64,000 nt of DNA from Ophelia neglecta (taxonomy: Eukaryota): assembly GCA_965285935.1 (NCBI GenBank), contig OZ260661.1, forward strand, positions 95,976,001 through 96,040,000, written 5' to 3'. A program made the position numbers and the translations under genes. This document shows positions 50,704 to 64,000 of this stretch, piece after piece (the stretch's first letter is position 1; the number at the start of each line of letters is the position of its first letter). The notes under the pieces were generated by a model. It was not told where the DNA came from and searched no databases. It saw nothing but the letters and a program-made list of their open reading frames with translations.

Positions 50704-53700
50704 TGACGTCAACATCCGTCAAGATGGCTACGGTTTTATATCAAATCCTCCATTGCCCATGCAAAAGCGGTTTGCTTGCTGGGCAAGACATGGTGGCCTC
50801 GGCTTGTGCCGTGCCGAGATCTGGTCGTGACACAACGATGTGATTGGCTGGCGAAGGAGCAGCTTAAACCTATCATGTTTGAAGGAAATTGAAAGTTTGT
50901 TTTCACTCGTTATCACGACGCTGTATATGCTGCTTTACACTTACTGTGTATGAACCCCGTTCATAATCTTATGTAATCCAGGAAACTTCATAAGCCTGTT
51001 TATAATTTTATGGATATTCAATCTTCAAATACTCCAAACACTCTACACAAAAAAGTCATGGATTCACCATCAAGGAGAGCTGTCCTCAATGACTAAACCA
51101 GGTGGATACAATACGACGCGTGCGTATTTCGTGCAAATCACACGACTCGGCTTTAAGAACACTTTCCAGAATTTCTTATATAAGAGTTAGGGCATTATAG
51201 TATAAAATATATATTCATAGCTTTATTATCGGGCAGAGCTGCAGATAACAAAAAATAGTGCTAAAACCAAGTATCTGCATCAAATATCCATTCTTGCTCA
51301 GTTAGTTTCGTACCTTGTCGTTATTTAAATAAAACTATCTTGTGGTAAGCTCTGATAATGTGGAAGTAAACGCATGAGTGACAACAATGCTGTGTTCTGG
51401 GAGAACTTATATAGGCCATGTTGGCTTGCTCATAGGAACCATCAATTGAAGAAGTAATATTTGAAAAGATAAAGTCATTAACCAAGCAAATATGCAGTCC
51501 GTCATGTAGGTGACATGTTCGGTACAATGACGAAACCTAGGCATGTTATGTTCTTTGCAGTTGTATTTGCTAAGTTTTGGGTGTACGTGTACCAACAATG
51601 AAACCAAAAAGACGAGCATGTGTGTAAGAGATCAGGAGCACTTTTAGTTGTAAAGCCTATTTATTGATTATTACTGGATGCTTACGAAATGAACAATTGC
51701 TGCCGGATAAAAATCATTTGGAAAATTGATTCCTATTTTACTCGGGCTGAAAGCTTGTTGTTTTATTTCGCACAACGTACAAAAGCAGACAATATAGATC
51801 TGTTTAAACATCCTTTTATTTTCAAAATGTTGGTGTAACATTTACAAAGTCTCTTTTGGCCCGATTACAGGGACACTTTTAGATTTCTTTTGATTAGATG
51901 TATATATAGTTTAAGTGCCACGTTTGAGTTCCTTCTATAAAAAATCGTTGCGCATGATAGGCTTATTCGGTTAGATATTTTTGAGGCTGAAAACATATAA
52001 GGGTTCTACTTTTCCCTATTTTTACGGCTCTCAGATGTGGTCCAAATAAAGATACGGTTGAGTGATCTAACAAAGATAATAGTTCAGTTGTTAGGAATCG
52101 GCAGACAAAAATTGCTTTATTTTTATACAGAAATGTAATTCTTTCAATTTGTAAATCATTTGTGCTGAAAAAAAAGAGTTAAAAATACAAGATGGCCGTT
52201 TGAAAGTCCCTCGTTTATTATGGTAACGCGCGTGACCATATTACAAACTGGCCTTCGCTCAATTTGGCTCAGGAATGTATCTTTATACAGATCTTTTTGG
52301 GTAGCTGTGAAGGTAATACACGATACCCCAGCTAGAGACCATGAGCTTGCCCCAAATATCAAAGTTTAAGGTCATAATAAATCATATTAAGCGGAAGTCA
52401 GGCATGATAAAAATATGATAGCATGGTAACGAGAAAGAAAGAGTAACGAAATACTACGACATGCTCTAGGTTTATATATCTACTCCATGATATCATGAAA
52501 TTATTCGAAATTGTGTCCTATACTCGGTCTTTGGGTATAATAAAAAGAATAACTCATTTATCGAGGCAGTGAAATTTATGGCAATTACGCTCGTGAAACT
52601 ACATTATAGAAATTGAAGTTCGGACCAGTTTTGCTGTACGGCCATTTTGTACCATAGTAACACGCTTTACCATGACAGATAAAGCACTGTGCTATTGTCT
52701 TTTTTTGCTACTAGGTCCTATATTTACAATCTTGCGTCTCATACTCAGTATATAAGACTTCTTTTATCTAAGGCTCTAAACTAATAGTTTAGTTGTTTGC
52801 GATGTAGTGATTATGGGGGTCTAGATTGTTCAGCTTCATGGTCGACCGCACCCTTGTTACATTTACGTTTATATATAGTAAATTAAGGTATGCATACCAG
52901 CTCAATGGTGAGAGGGATTATTGTTATTTTTAGCCCTACATAATCTAATTTATGAACCAATGATGTATCGGATTGGCTTCTATTGGGCAAGGCTACATAA
53001 TAGTCTGATGGTACCTGTAAATGCCTAAATGAATAAAAATTGTCAGTTCTTTGTACTATTTACCTTAAGTGTATAGGCCTGTTGATTGTTATTTTGTACA
53101 TAACATTAGATTTGATGTCCAAATGATTAAGAAGGTTCTATCAGGCCTATTCAAGGTCACAGAAAAGTTGGTCAAGAGATGCTCTCAAGATTTGTTCAAG
53201 TAGAACACGCTTATGGACGCGCTTTTAACATTTAACAATGCAGCTTTTTTCTAGCAGCAAAAACCGTTAGCAAATATGTGTGTAAAAATATATACCATGT
53301 GATGAAAACCATTCCTTTTTTAGGTATTTGTATAAACTGTCAGTCACCATGTATGCAGAAGGCCTCCTTTGAATTGCCAGATCTGAAGGAGATGTCACAT
53401 GACCTTTCGTTGATAATTTCCGGTTGTCATAGCCTGGGATCAGTTCGTATTTGATTTAATCCTCGACAAAATCCATTTGTTATTGTATGCTATTTACAAA
53501 CAGGGTTTTTTTTTTCGGTATAAAGCCAAGTCATGAGTTGGGATTTAACCATGTTCAGCTCAGAGAGTAATTACATAGACAGGAACACCATTTATAAAGC
53601 AGAACACGATCAGGAATAGATCAACCATCCAATGATTTTCAATAGCATGCCGTCGCCTATATCTGTACAAACTTTAATTAGTTCTACTCGTTCGACAAGT

Positions 53701-54830
53701 CTTCCAAAGAAATGTGTTCTCATTAAGTTTGCCTGGGTTTAGAACGAAGCAGCAACATGCATTTCTAAAATTGATACAGAAATATGAATAAGATAATAAT
53801 GGTTTAATGGTTGGTGCCACTATGTATCGAATTACTATCCTTGGAAACCACAATTAATATTAGCTTTGTTTGTCCACTGTTATCTTGATTGTTGTGAAAT
53901 AATCATAATATGTCTTGTCAGCTGCTATATATCGAGATATGAAGCTCATCTATAGTGCGTCTCGTGATTTGTTATGTTGAAATTGTAAATTAAAATATAC
54001 ATACTATGGGGCCAGACCCTGCAGAAGAATCAACGAAACGTCAATTGTAAGTTGAAGTTAATCACTTTCGTATATCATTTTAGCTGCGATTGTATGCCCT
54101 TTACTTGGAGGGAAATTTAAAACTGCTCATTGGTATAAAGGGTTCGTAAGTAATGCGTAACTCTCAGCACTGCAGATCTTTTTAATGCTGACTTTTAACA
54201 ACGCCCATCCAGGCTTCATGAAATAAGAAATTATTTCAGCTTGGAATTTGTGGCATATGTTTCAGTAAGCGGCAGACAATTTTTACGCGAACTTGGAATT
54301 AAATACATGTATCTGGGTATGGTTGTGAGCAATATTAAATTTATAGCATGTTTATTTTTAAGATAAAATTGTATTTTTGAATTATTTGACACAAGGCTGT
54401 CATCTATTAAAGAAATAGAAATACGTTTATACATATATCCAAATGGTTGCACATTCAATTTTAAGCACACATTTGACCTTAATATTCACTGTCAGTAAAT
54501 ATTTAAGGTATTTTTTGTTTTCGTATTTTATCTACAAATATACCGGGAATGGGGTGCTTGATTTAAAAAAAGATAGTGTTGTAACTTTCAAACACAACTG
54601 CATGGTCATATACGTAATTAGATAGAAATTATTGAGTGCGATACAAGTAGTGTGCGTGTCTCGAAATTGTTGTTCTGTATTCATGGGGAAAGCACGGTCA
54701 GATGCCTAAACTGTGAGATATCGTCTATTATTATTAACATATAGCATATACCTTCATGTATGGTTCCATATTATTCACATGTACTATATTTGAAATTTTC
54801 AATAAACAATGCATATATGCACCCAAGTGA
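50704..54830 (+). other. Probable long 3' UTR with candidate polyadenylation signals
   Basis: AT-rich, no recognisable mobile elements; AATAAA at ~51328, ~52045, 53032 and 54801, the last two followed by GT/T-rich sequence. The true end is unknown. Confidence 0.4.
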
Positions 54831-57800
54831 CAAACACTAGTGTTCCATTTGCTCGACAAGACTGTTAGTGGCTTTGCACAGTGAGCAAGTGACTTCGATT
54901 TTGATTAATTGGAGGGTGTATATAAGTCAACGTAAATGCTAATTTTAATGAAAAAAGAGACACAGTAAATAACACGAGTAACCAAAACCTGGCATCAAGG
55001 AGGCAAGTTACCAAAAGATGTCCTTAATTTGTCAAGTAACCGAAAATTGTCCTCAATGTGCCAAGTAATCAAAAGTTGTCCTCAAAGTGCCAAGTTGGCA
55101 ACATTTTTCTCAAGGTGCAATGCCTGTGGGCTCGTGGATCGTAAACACAGCATGCATGACAATATACACCTTACAAAAATGATGTTACTGTTATATAAAC
55201 AAGGAACAGTCATGTGTAGCTGGATATCTAAAGGCATATTTTTGTTTAGAGCTGCCTTAAAATATCTTGCTTGTTTTCCAGGCGGTGCCTGGCATATTTC
55301 TTGCAGGCTTGTGACGAAAATACAATTACCTTGAAAGAAACGAAATACAGCAGTTCCTTGTAGTGAAAATAAATTGGAATTCCGAGCCCTTGAATCCAAG
55401 GTTGTGGAAGGTTCTTTCTGTTATTTTTCTTTCATTTAACGATTGTATAAAACATGCCTGGTGCCACGGGGCTTTATTAATGGTAGACTCTGATGTAACT
55501 CATTCAAAATTTCATTTCACAGGCCAAAATTTTCGAATAGATAACTAAAATGCATTTTGGAATTTCAAAAGTATTATATTAATAATAAGCACCCATGCTT
55601 AAAAAGGGCCGATGTTTTTAAGTTGATTATAGAAGCCATAACTTTACAAACCAATTATACGTTTAAAAAAAATGTCGGCCGTCATTCACTCACCAATTAT
55701 TTATAGGAAAACAAAGAACCGAGCGTGCGAATCCGCCTTGCCAATTTACCTAGCTACAGCTTTGGAGTAGAGCCACCTCCCCCCCCCCCCACCCACCCCC
55801 AGTCCCATTTAATCGAGGTGTAGATATACCAAAATATCGATAGCTTCCTCTTGATATGTGAAATAAATATTATTACATTTACTGTAAACCGGAAGCTAAA
55901 TTGAGACAGTGAACATAGTGGAACATGTCGTGTAAGATGTAGTGCGAATTACGATTTCATGAATATTGCCTTCCTATATTGTAAGACTTGCTGGTCAATC
56001 ATTCGAGTGCTAAATTTTGAATGCCAGATTGTCCTTCCCTATACAAGACTCTAAGCATGCTAATTTGACATGTGACTACAATTTCAGTTCGCGAAGGAAT
56101 TATATAATGACATCTTTTTAAGGTGAGAAAAAAAGTGCTTTACTCTATTGAAGAAAAGTTTCCTTGGGTTGTTTCAACATTTCTAACGAGACACATCAAC
56201 TCCCTGGTTGGCTTTGAGAATAGATTGCTACCAATTATATTGCAGGTGTTCACAGTAACTTGATTGGCAAAAACAAATAGACGTTGGTCTCCAGCGAGAA
56301 TTTGGCACGCGGCTGTTAAGGTCATGTCCAAAAAGACGAAGCGAATTAAATGTGTACCTCTTTAATCTGGGAAACATCCAAATTAGCCAAAAAAACTAAA
56401 AAGCATTAAAACCGAAGCCTGGAGGAAAAAAGACCAGCAGTGCCAGTCAATTCTGCCTTCATTGCCTATTCACACACACATAAGGCCTACCTTGCACATG
56501 CACATAGAATTGAAGTATCGAGTAAGATGTGGCATGTTTAATCGGAGCCACAGTCGAGAAAAGGCTTTTTCGGAAGACCGCTTTTAGGTCCGAGAATGAC
56601 AAGCGGCAGCCACAGCATGCAATTTATATTTCATCTCAATCTGTTATCACGACGTTGATAAAAGACACTTAGATGACCTTAAAACTAATGCTCGCCGAGA
56701 AATGTATACCATATTACAAAGGAACACCCAAAGAGAAAACTCTTTGTAAAAAGAAATGCACAGTTCACTTCGCAATTGTTAACCCCCACGCATATACTCT
56801 GTAACCTAAGAGCTATAATTTGTTTATGGAGATATATAGATGTACTATTAAAGCCATGCATTTCCCGCCAGATTGTACACAGTGCTGAAGATTAAATAAA
56901 TTGTTGATCGTTCCATAACAGTTCTTGAAATATAGAGCTGCACGAGGCCTATTGATTAGGTCAATAGGTTTCACGTTGTTTCACTTAATACACGACATTA
57001 TAGATTATTTTAAAGTGACAGGAGCAGAGTTTGCTAGTAAGACACTAATTTTCTTCACTACTTCACCTAACTATGGCTCTTAAAATGAGAAAAATACCCA
57101 TAAGCTATGTCTTGAACGCAACTGCTTCCGGAGACTATTGTTAGACTTATTAGCAATGCAGATTAATTGGATCATAATAGGTGGCTGTTTGGAAGAAGAA
57201 GAATATTGGATATATTTAGATGTCATAATAATATCAAATTCTGTCGTATATAGAAATAAAAATTGTTTAGTGCAGGTTATTTTCATGAAGCGTTTCCGTA
57301 TCAACCTAGGTGTGGGTCTATGGCAGCAGTGGACACAAGTCTTTGATTTGATTGCAATTTAAAAAATGTACATGTACTTAGGGAATAACCATTTGGAATT
57401 GGGGGTTGCTGTGGGAGGGGTGGGGGGGGGGGGGGGGGAGTTGGTTCTCCTATTTGGTAAAAAAATCAGACGGAAGAGATATCATTCATTTTCAGGTGGA
57501 AATTTTTCTAGCACGCTCTTGGTTCCCAGCTCTAGAACACTATACGTATTCGAGTCAATTCTGCACTGCTCCAAGTTCACAATTCACCTGCCACTAACTG
57601 AGCACTAGCCGATTATTCAGTCTGGCTTAAAAACCTATATCACTGGGACCTCGTTTGACCCTGGACATTGCAGTGAGTTTTCCATTGAAACTTCAAAACA
57701 TGTAACAAAGGTCCATTCCACACAGGTTGACCTTAGTTACTTATACGACCCAATTAATATTAGTTACTTATTATCATAGTTACTATAAGTACGAAGTATA

Positions 57801-58599
57801 ACGACTCATCTCATCATTGTCCCTGATTTGATCTGACCACGGTGGCTCAAGGTTTACGAAAACTCGGTCGAGAAGATTTCAGCCGGCAACAGGACTCTAG
57901 AAAGTATCCATTGTGAAGCTATTATTACGAGTTTCTTAAGGGCCTATGGATGGTTTTGTTTTCGTTGGAAGGCAACATAAATAGTTTGGGCAGACAAGCC
58001 AAGAGGCAGACTTCTCCTTTGTGTTTTCGGATTGGATTATTGGGTCTAAGAAGAAGTAAACAGTTTAGTATTGATTGAGCCCAACTGGAAGGCATTTTCA
58101 GGAGTTTCATTGTATACTCGACAACATAACAATTATTCGAGTAGAATAAGGTTTCCTTTAGTTTCCGTACTAAAAGGGAAACTGATATAAAGTGCTTACG
58201 GCAAATTAAAGCAGCGCAGTTTGACTATTGACAGTTATATATCCATGGATTGATGCCTTTTTACTTTCAACAGGAATTTTAAAGGATGCATCACTTGAAG
58301 TCCGTGTAAGCATGGAAAAATAGCCGGTGGCTTACCAGATGCTCAAAAACACGTACACCGAATAATTCACATCAGCCTGGAAGTCTAAATTGAAGAGACT
58401 TCTTGGGCAAAACAGCGTGCAAAGCAAACAGCAGAATGATAAAGACACATCATTTGTGTCGGTAACCTATAACATGGAATAAAACCAAATTAATTCTACC
58501 ACAATTGTTGCTTAATGTGCCCTCTAATAGCCAAATTGGTGCTAAGCTAAGTTTGAGAAGAAGCCAAGTGAGAAATCAGTAACAAAATGATATGACTAT

Positions 58600-59520
58600 T
58601 CACGACACAACCAACCCGATAACAATCAGTCAACAATTAGACAACAACCACACAACAACCAGACAACAACCAGACAACAACTAGACAACAACCAGACAAC
58701 AACCAGACAACAACTAGACAACAACCAGACAACAAACTGAACCAAACAAAAAAACAGACAACAACCGACAGCCATCTAACGACCACCAGACAACAACCAG
58801 ACAAGGACCAGAGACACATGAAACAACCAAACAACAACCTGACAACCAGAAACAACATGAACGAACCAGAAACACGCAGACAACCACCAGGCAACAATGA
58901 TCCAATCTAAAAACAACCAGAAACAACAAGAAACAACCAACCAACAACCTGACAACAAACTGAACCAACCAGAACACCCAGAAACAACCACCAGACAAAA
59001 ACCAGATTACAAACTGACAGAACCAGAAACAACCTTAGTCAACCCAAAAAACAACCTGACCACAAGGAGATAATAACCGGAAACAAATTGAATCACCCAT
59101 AAGCATCCAAACAACCACCAGACAACAATCAGATACAACCCGGCTAAAATAAACATACTGCAACCGGGCATCGACCAGACAACAACATGAAAACAACCAG
59201 TCAAAGCCTGATTACAACCCGTAACAATATGAATAAAAAAACAACCTTACGACAACGAGAAAATAACCAGAAACCACAATACAGCAACCAGACAACAATA
59301 AATAACATGCCTTGCTGTAACAACTGTACTACAACCAGGCAAAGACCAGAAAAAAACCTGAAAGCGACCAGTAACAACATGAATCACCCAAACAACAACC
59401 TGACAACAACGAGACAACAGCCAGAAACTACTCGAACCAACCACAAACATCAAGACAACAATCAGATAAAAATCAGAAACAACCCGGATGACGCAACCGA
59501 ACTGCAACCGGGAATAGAGC
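58600..59520. repeat. Degenerate A/C-rich satellite based on an 11-bp unit (ACCAGACAACA)
   Basis: Near-perfect units at 58640-58735, decaying outward; extreme strand asymmetry generates spurious ORFs. Confidence 0.9.
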
Positions 59521-60270
59521 AGATCTAAAGACTTGATCTATCAGATTATTGTCGTGGCAACCACATATAACAATTACACAATAGAACGTTGCCTATTTGA
59601 AATACATATGGCCACATTTGCCAGTTCTGGGACTCCTGAAATGTAGGGTGTTCATTTGTCTTTGTCTTTCTGAAGAATATGGTAAGCATACGGCACGTTG
59701 ATCTGTATCTATGCGAAGCAGTTGCCAGTAAATAGCTGGGTTTCACGGTCCAGATCCTCAGAAATATTGTTTATGAACAATAAGTAGAGAATTTGGACAA
59801 CTACACTGCATTGTAATATACAAGATAAGTCCTAAGCTTCTAACGACTCCGCCAAATCAACCAGTATCCTCTGAATGTGCTGAGGAAGAATGATTTTGAT
59901 CCAGGATTTGCGCCATCATGTATGCTATAGAACTCTGACTCTGTAATGAGATGGTGATGAGGGACTGTTGAGAAGTCTCTTGAATAGTCGAGAGCTGCTG
60001 TCTCTTTTTATCTTCCAAAGTTGAGAGTTGCTGCCAAATCATGACTTGCAAAAAGCAGCTGAGTCTCACAGGGAGGGGGGGGGGGGGCTAACGAAAGGAA
60101 CCACAATCGTTTTCCGTCAATCTGGTGGTACCTGGCTATTGGTAGTGGATTATAGGATAATGAAAACAAGCATTTTGGGCTACTTCTTTATACTGCTCTT
60201 CTGTAGAACTATTACGAAATCATTTGTAAAATCGACTCATTTCTTCTCAGAAATAAAATATTCTCTACTG

Positions 60271-60770
60271 TAACCAATATGACTTCAGGAACCAAAATCC
60301 AACAGATTTGGCTCTTATCATGCTCATCAATAAAAAAACCCACTGCACTTGACCGTGATGAATGGGCCAGTCATATGCGTATTTCTTGATTTTTCAAAAC
60401 CCTTTGACACAGGTGATCATTCTTTCGTTCTTTCTAAATTATATCATTATGGAATCAGGGAAGAAGCTTTTTAATGGCTTAATCATAATCTTTGGAACAA
60501 AATACCAAGGAACAGTATTCTGACTTAAAACCTGAGGCACATAGACAGTCTAATACTTAACACTATTCTGCTTGCAGATGATTCAAATCTATTTCTATCT
60601 GGTAAGGTCGTAAATGACTTGATCTCAATTAATTAAGAATAAAGAAATTAACAAGAGTTTACATTGGCTGGAGATCAATGGACTTTCCCTACGTATCAAA
60701 AACACACTTTATGCTTTTAACATCCTCCAAAAGGAAAAAAACTAGTGCCAAATTAACTAGTGATTAAAGG
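60271..60770 (+). mobile_element. Decayed CR1/L2-type LINE reverse transcriptase fragment
   Basis: Hand translation gives NQYDFR...TDLALIMLINK, FLDFSKPFDTGDH...SKLYHYGIR and ILLADDSNLFLSGK, matching RT motifs (QYGFR, FLDFSKAFDTVDH, FADD), with stops, frameshifts and deletions. Confidence 0.88.
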
Positions 60771-63369
60771 CCAAAAGTTTAGTAAATGACCATCCCCTTA
60801 TGACCAACTGCTCTATTGTTTCACGAATGAAAACATAGGCACACAGTTTATGTAGGGGCAGTAGGGCTCCTGCTGTACTCTTTGCAGTTGCGTGCATCGA
60901 AATCATACAAACATATCGGAGAGATTCCTGCCGAATACTGTCTTTTTTGTGTTGGTATGACAAAGATATATCTTCTTGTCTTATCCTCAGCTAGCTCTAT
61001 CATGTTGTTCATGGATGACCAGTAATCCTTTTTGCGCGCACGTTAAAATTTGCCTATTCGCACGTTAATATGTCTGCAGTGTTTTGTGTGAAATCCGTCC
61101 CATAGTTTTTGTTCCTTCCAGCCCCTGCCCAAATTAGACGCACCTTACCTTCTCCTCCTATCTCTTTATTTGTTGCACTAGGTATGGCAGATGGTATCTC
61201 CTTCCTTTGTGAGCCTTAACATGGGTGTCCATCACTGCTCATGCAGCGTCACTGAAGCCGGAACTATTTGAGTAAGACTAAGGGTTGAGGGGAAAATTGG
61301 TTCAAGGATATTACTGGCTATGGTGGGTTGAAGATGCATTTGTTCCAAGCTATGGTTCTGGGTTGTGAGCTCTACCAGGCATTCGCGCATAGAGTGGCCT
61401 CAGACACCTGGACTAACTGATACTGAATACCCAAGGTACACCAGGATAGTTCAAAACCTCTTCAAGTATGATGGTGGCATATTTTTGTATGTTATTAAAT
61501 TCTTAAGCGAGTCATCTAGAACTCACACGTAAGGATAGTTTTGGGTTACACGGGCCCTTAGTAAGACCCCGGGGTGATAAACCTATATAAGCTAAATGAA
61601 TTATTTTCTTGGACCTCCATGTTAACTCATTTTTGATCTGTTAAATAATGTTGCATGCCTTGATCAGTACGTGTTGTCTGAAGTATATTCAATATTGAAA
61701 AGTGCCAAGGGGGAGTGAGTGTTTTCCATGAAGGTTCTGCATGCAGAGACTTGAATATAAATACCCTGTTTGGCAGCCATTTTGAAAATCCTCATTCAAA
61801 GCACTTTCCCTATTAGGGAACCGTGGGGAATTATTTTTGCCATCACTGCACAGCACAAAGAACTGTTTAAAGCGTAAAATGATTCTTTAGCTAAAATGTC
61901 AGAGTCCATGTCAATTTCTGTTGGTCTATTAAGCCTACACCAGCTCGGAAGACACATACTTAGGCAATACATTTAAAAAGTCACTGTTCTTCCCAGTAAT
62001 AACACTTAGAACCAAAGCCTAAATATCAAGTTAAAATATGGTGAGTTGTCTGGAATTTTATACATAAAGCAACAGACACCATACAGTTTGACTTCTCTTT
62101 CAAATCTTGCCATTTTAGACCACCAACTACAAAATAAATTATGATGCGATGAGTTTAAAATCATTCCTTTGCTGCCAAACATTGTAGACGTAAACTTGTG
62201 TTCTCCTACTTGAAGTACAGTTTCATCGATGTAGTTTACTTTCCATTAGGCCTCATGCCTATCTATGTTAAAAAAAGAGTGGTTGGAGTTGTACATGGCG
62301 TATAGCAATAAACACCTACCCAAAAAACAAAATGTAGAGCATTCCATTTTCTATATATAGTTAACTTTAATTGTCCTTCGTTTCCTCTCACAGCTTGTTG
62401 AGCACATCCGTTGGCGTTCTTCGAAAGGAAAAAAATACCAATCAAAAGCCATTGTCTGAAGTAAGTGCATCCTTCTTTTATAACTTCTATTCAGGATACA
62501 TCCTTTCTTCCGGCCTCTGTCCATTGTTACTGTTAACGGGGGTGGCGATTTATTCATAGAACAAATTCGAAAGGCAGGTGTAAGTCACGTTTCCCTAGAA
62601 ACGCATGTAGACTAAGTAAATAGCTAAGAAATGGCTGGCATCGACAATCTCAAAGATGCTCAAAAGGTGAAATTATCATAATTTCGCGTCTGTCCGGAGT
62701 TTCCCACCTAACAATCTAAATGATCTGGTGTTGATTCGTTGTTTTTCAGCAGTTTTCTCTCGTCTTGATGATCGTAAATCATTTCTGGGGCCGTTTTGCA
62801 TAATAGCTAAGAGCTATTTTCTCTTTCGATCGTGTATTAGGTTTTTTCCGACTTCGGGAAGAGCAGCTTTAGCGGACTGATGATTTCCTCCACTGTCTTG
62901 TCTATTCACAGTCATGCCTGTTATGCTTCATTTTCAGGAAGTTATGCAGGCAATTTAAGTTTTCTGGCAGATGTAAAGATCAAATTTAATTATTTTGGTC
63001 AGTGGAACGGGTGTTTCGTAAATAATTTACTGCTAATATTCGAACAAGTGCTAATAAGGACCAAAAATTCTATAAATTACTGATGCATTAGGTAAACACG
63101 GTAAAAGGAACATTCATGTAAATAATCCAATAACAATACACGTACAATCGGAACTAAAACAAATCGTGCTTAGAAAAAATGATATTATATTAGCTCTGCC
63201 TTGTAAGGGGCACTAGGATGAGATAGTTTGGTAGCACATGAGCTTAAATGTAGTTAGATTTTTGTTTCTCTAGGTCTGCTAAGACATTTATATATGATTT
63301 TGTGTGTTGATAAGGTTACTATACGCAAATAGACGATGATTGAGCCTGTTAATGCCTCCATCACAACAG

Positions 63370-63500
63370 AGGTCCTAGCAAATATCACAGAATTAGTGGT
63401 ATTTTAATTTTGTAAGATATTCTTGGCAAAAGGTCAATTTAACATCATGGACAGAGTAAATAAGATAAATGAAGAACAGGCTGGGATCAAAATGGGGATC
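63370..63500 (+). mobile_element. Possible highly decayed LINE RT fragment
   Basis: Pieces resembling PxNYRxI...LGK and NKINEEQAGIK (cf. EEQAGFR). Confidence 0.4.
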
Positions 63501-64000
63501 AAAATTTTGTTTTACAGCCAATTAGGATTTGGTATTGGTACGTTTTAGTTAAGAGAACAGAGAAAAAGTGTTTTTGCTCGGCTATACACCTAATAGAAAT
63601 TAACAACATGGAGGGGAAGCAAACTAACAAATGGGCCAGTACCAACCAGCCCCTATGATGGAAAGGCCGACCTCTCCTTAGAACAAGGCAGCTATGTGCC
63701 TAAATATACCTTGATGTAATGAGTCCGAGACACCTATTGGGGCTAAGCATGGCAGCAAATACGATATTTGAAACAATTAAGGAACACAGAAAATGCCCGG
63801 AAGTAACATAACAGGTAGCGAAGTCCACAGGCGACTCGTTAACTGTTGGCTGTTGTTTATGGTACACAGATGATACCAGGTAAGCGAGTGTTTTCACATA
63901 CGTTCCAAATCTCAGATCTTAGTACCCGCAGAGTAAGATCTTCGGATTCTATTTCTTCACCCGGTTCAACACATTTAAGCATTAAAGCTATTCTATTATA

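Noticed and set aside
58637-59528. Hydrophobic Cys/Val/Leu-rich and Asn/Gln/Thr-rich ORFs
   Set aside because: Translation artefacts of the A/C-rich satellite.

Overview
AT-rich, intron-containing animal genomic DNA, probably from a marine invertebrate (the taxon is a guess). The window holds a head-to-head cluster of BK-channel beta-subunit-like (KCNMB/CaKB, TipE-related) sequences. One gene is complete on the + strand: exon 1 at 13664-14059, a 35,960-nt phase-0 intron, and exon 2 at 50020-50703. It encodes about 359 aa with two TM helices, the 8-Cys extracellular loop, and a ~150-aa C-terminal tail ending in ETPV. On the - strand are two divergent paralogous first exons in tandem (4099-3416 and 2207-1056). 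Each encodes N-terminus + TM1 + the first five conserved loop cysteines and stops at a phase-0 GT donor at the homologous position. No second exon was found between them or in the rest of the window. This suggests a variable-first-exon/shared-constant-exon system (protocadherin/UGT1A-like, cis or trans), although nested separate genes are not excluded because the window ends at the left. The loop insert between Cys3 and Cys4 is 14, 47 and 252 aa in the three paralogs. The longest carries a furin site, a serglycin-like (Ser-Gly)18 tract and an acidic Ser-rich region. The rest of the window is intron, UTR and intergenic DNA with MITEs (one with a 9-bp TSD and telomere-like core), decayed LINE fragments, minisatellites and an over-represented TAGGCCTA palindrome.
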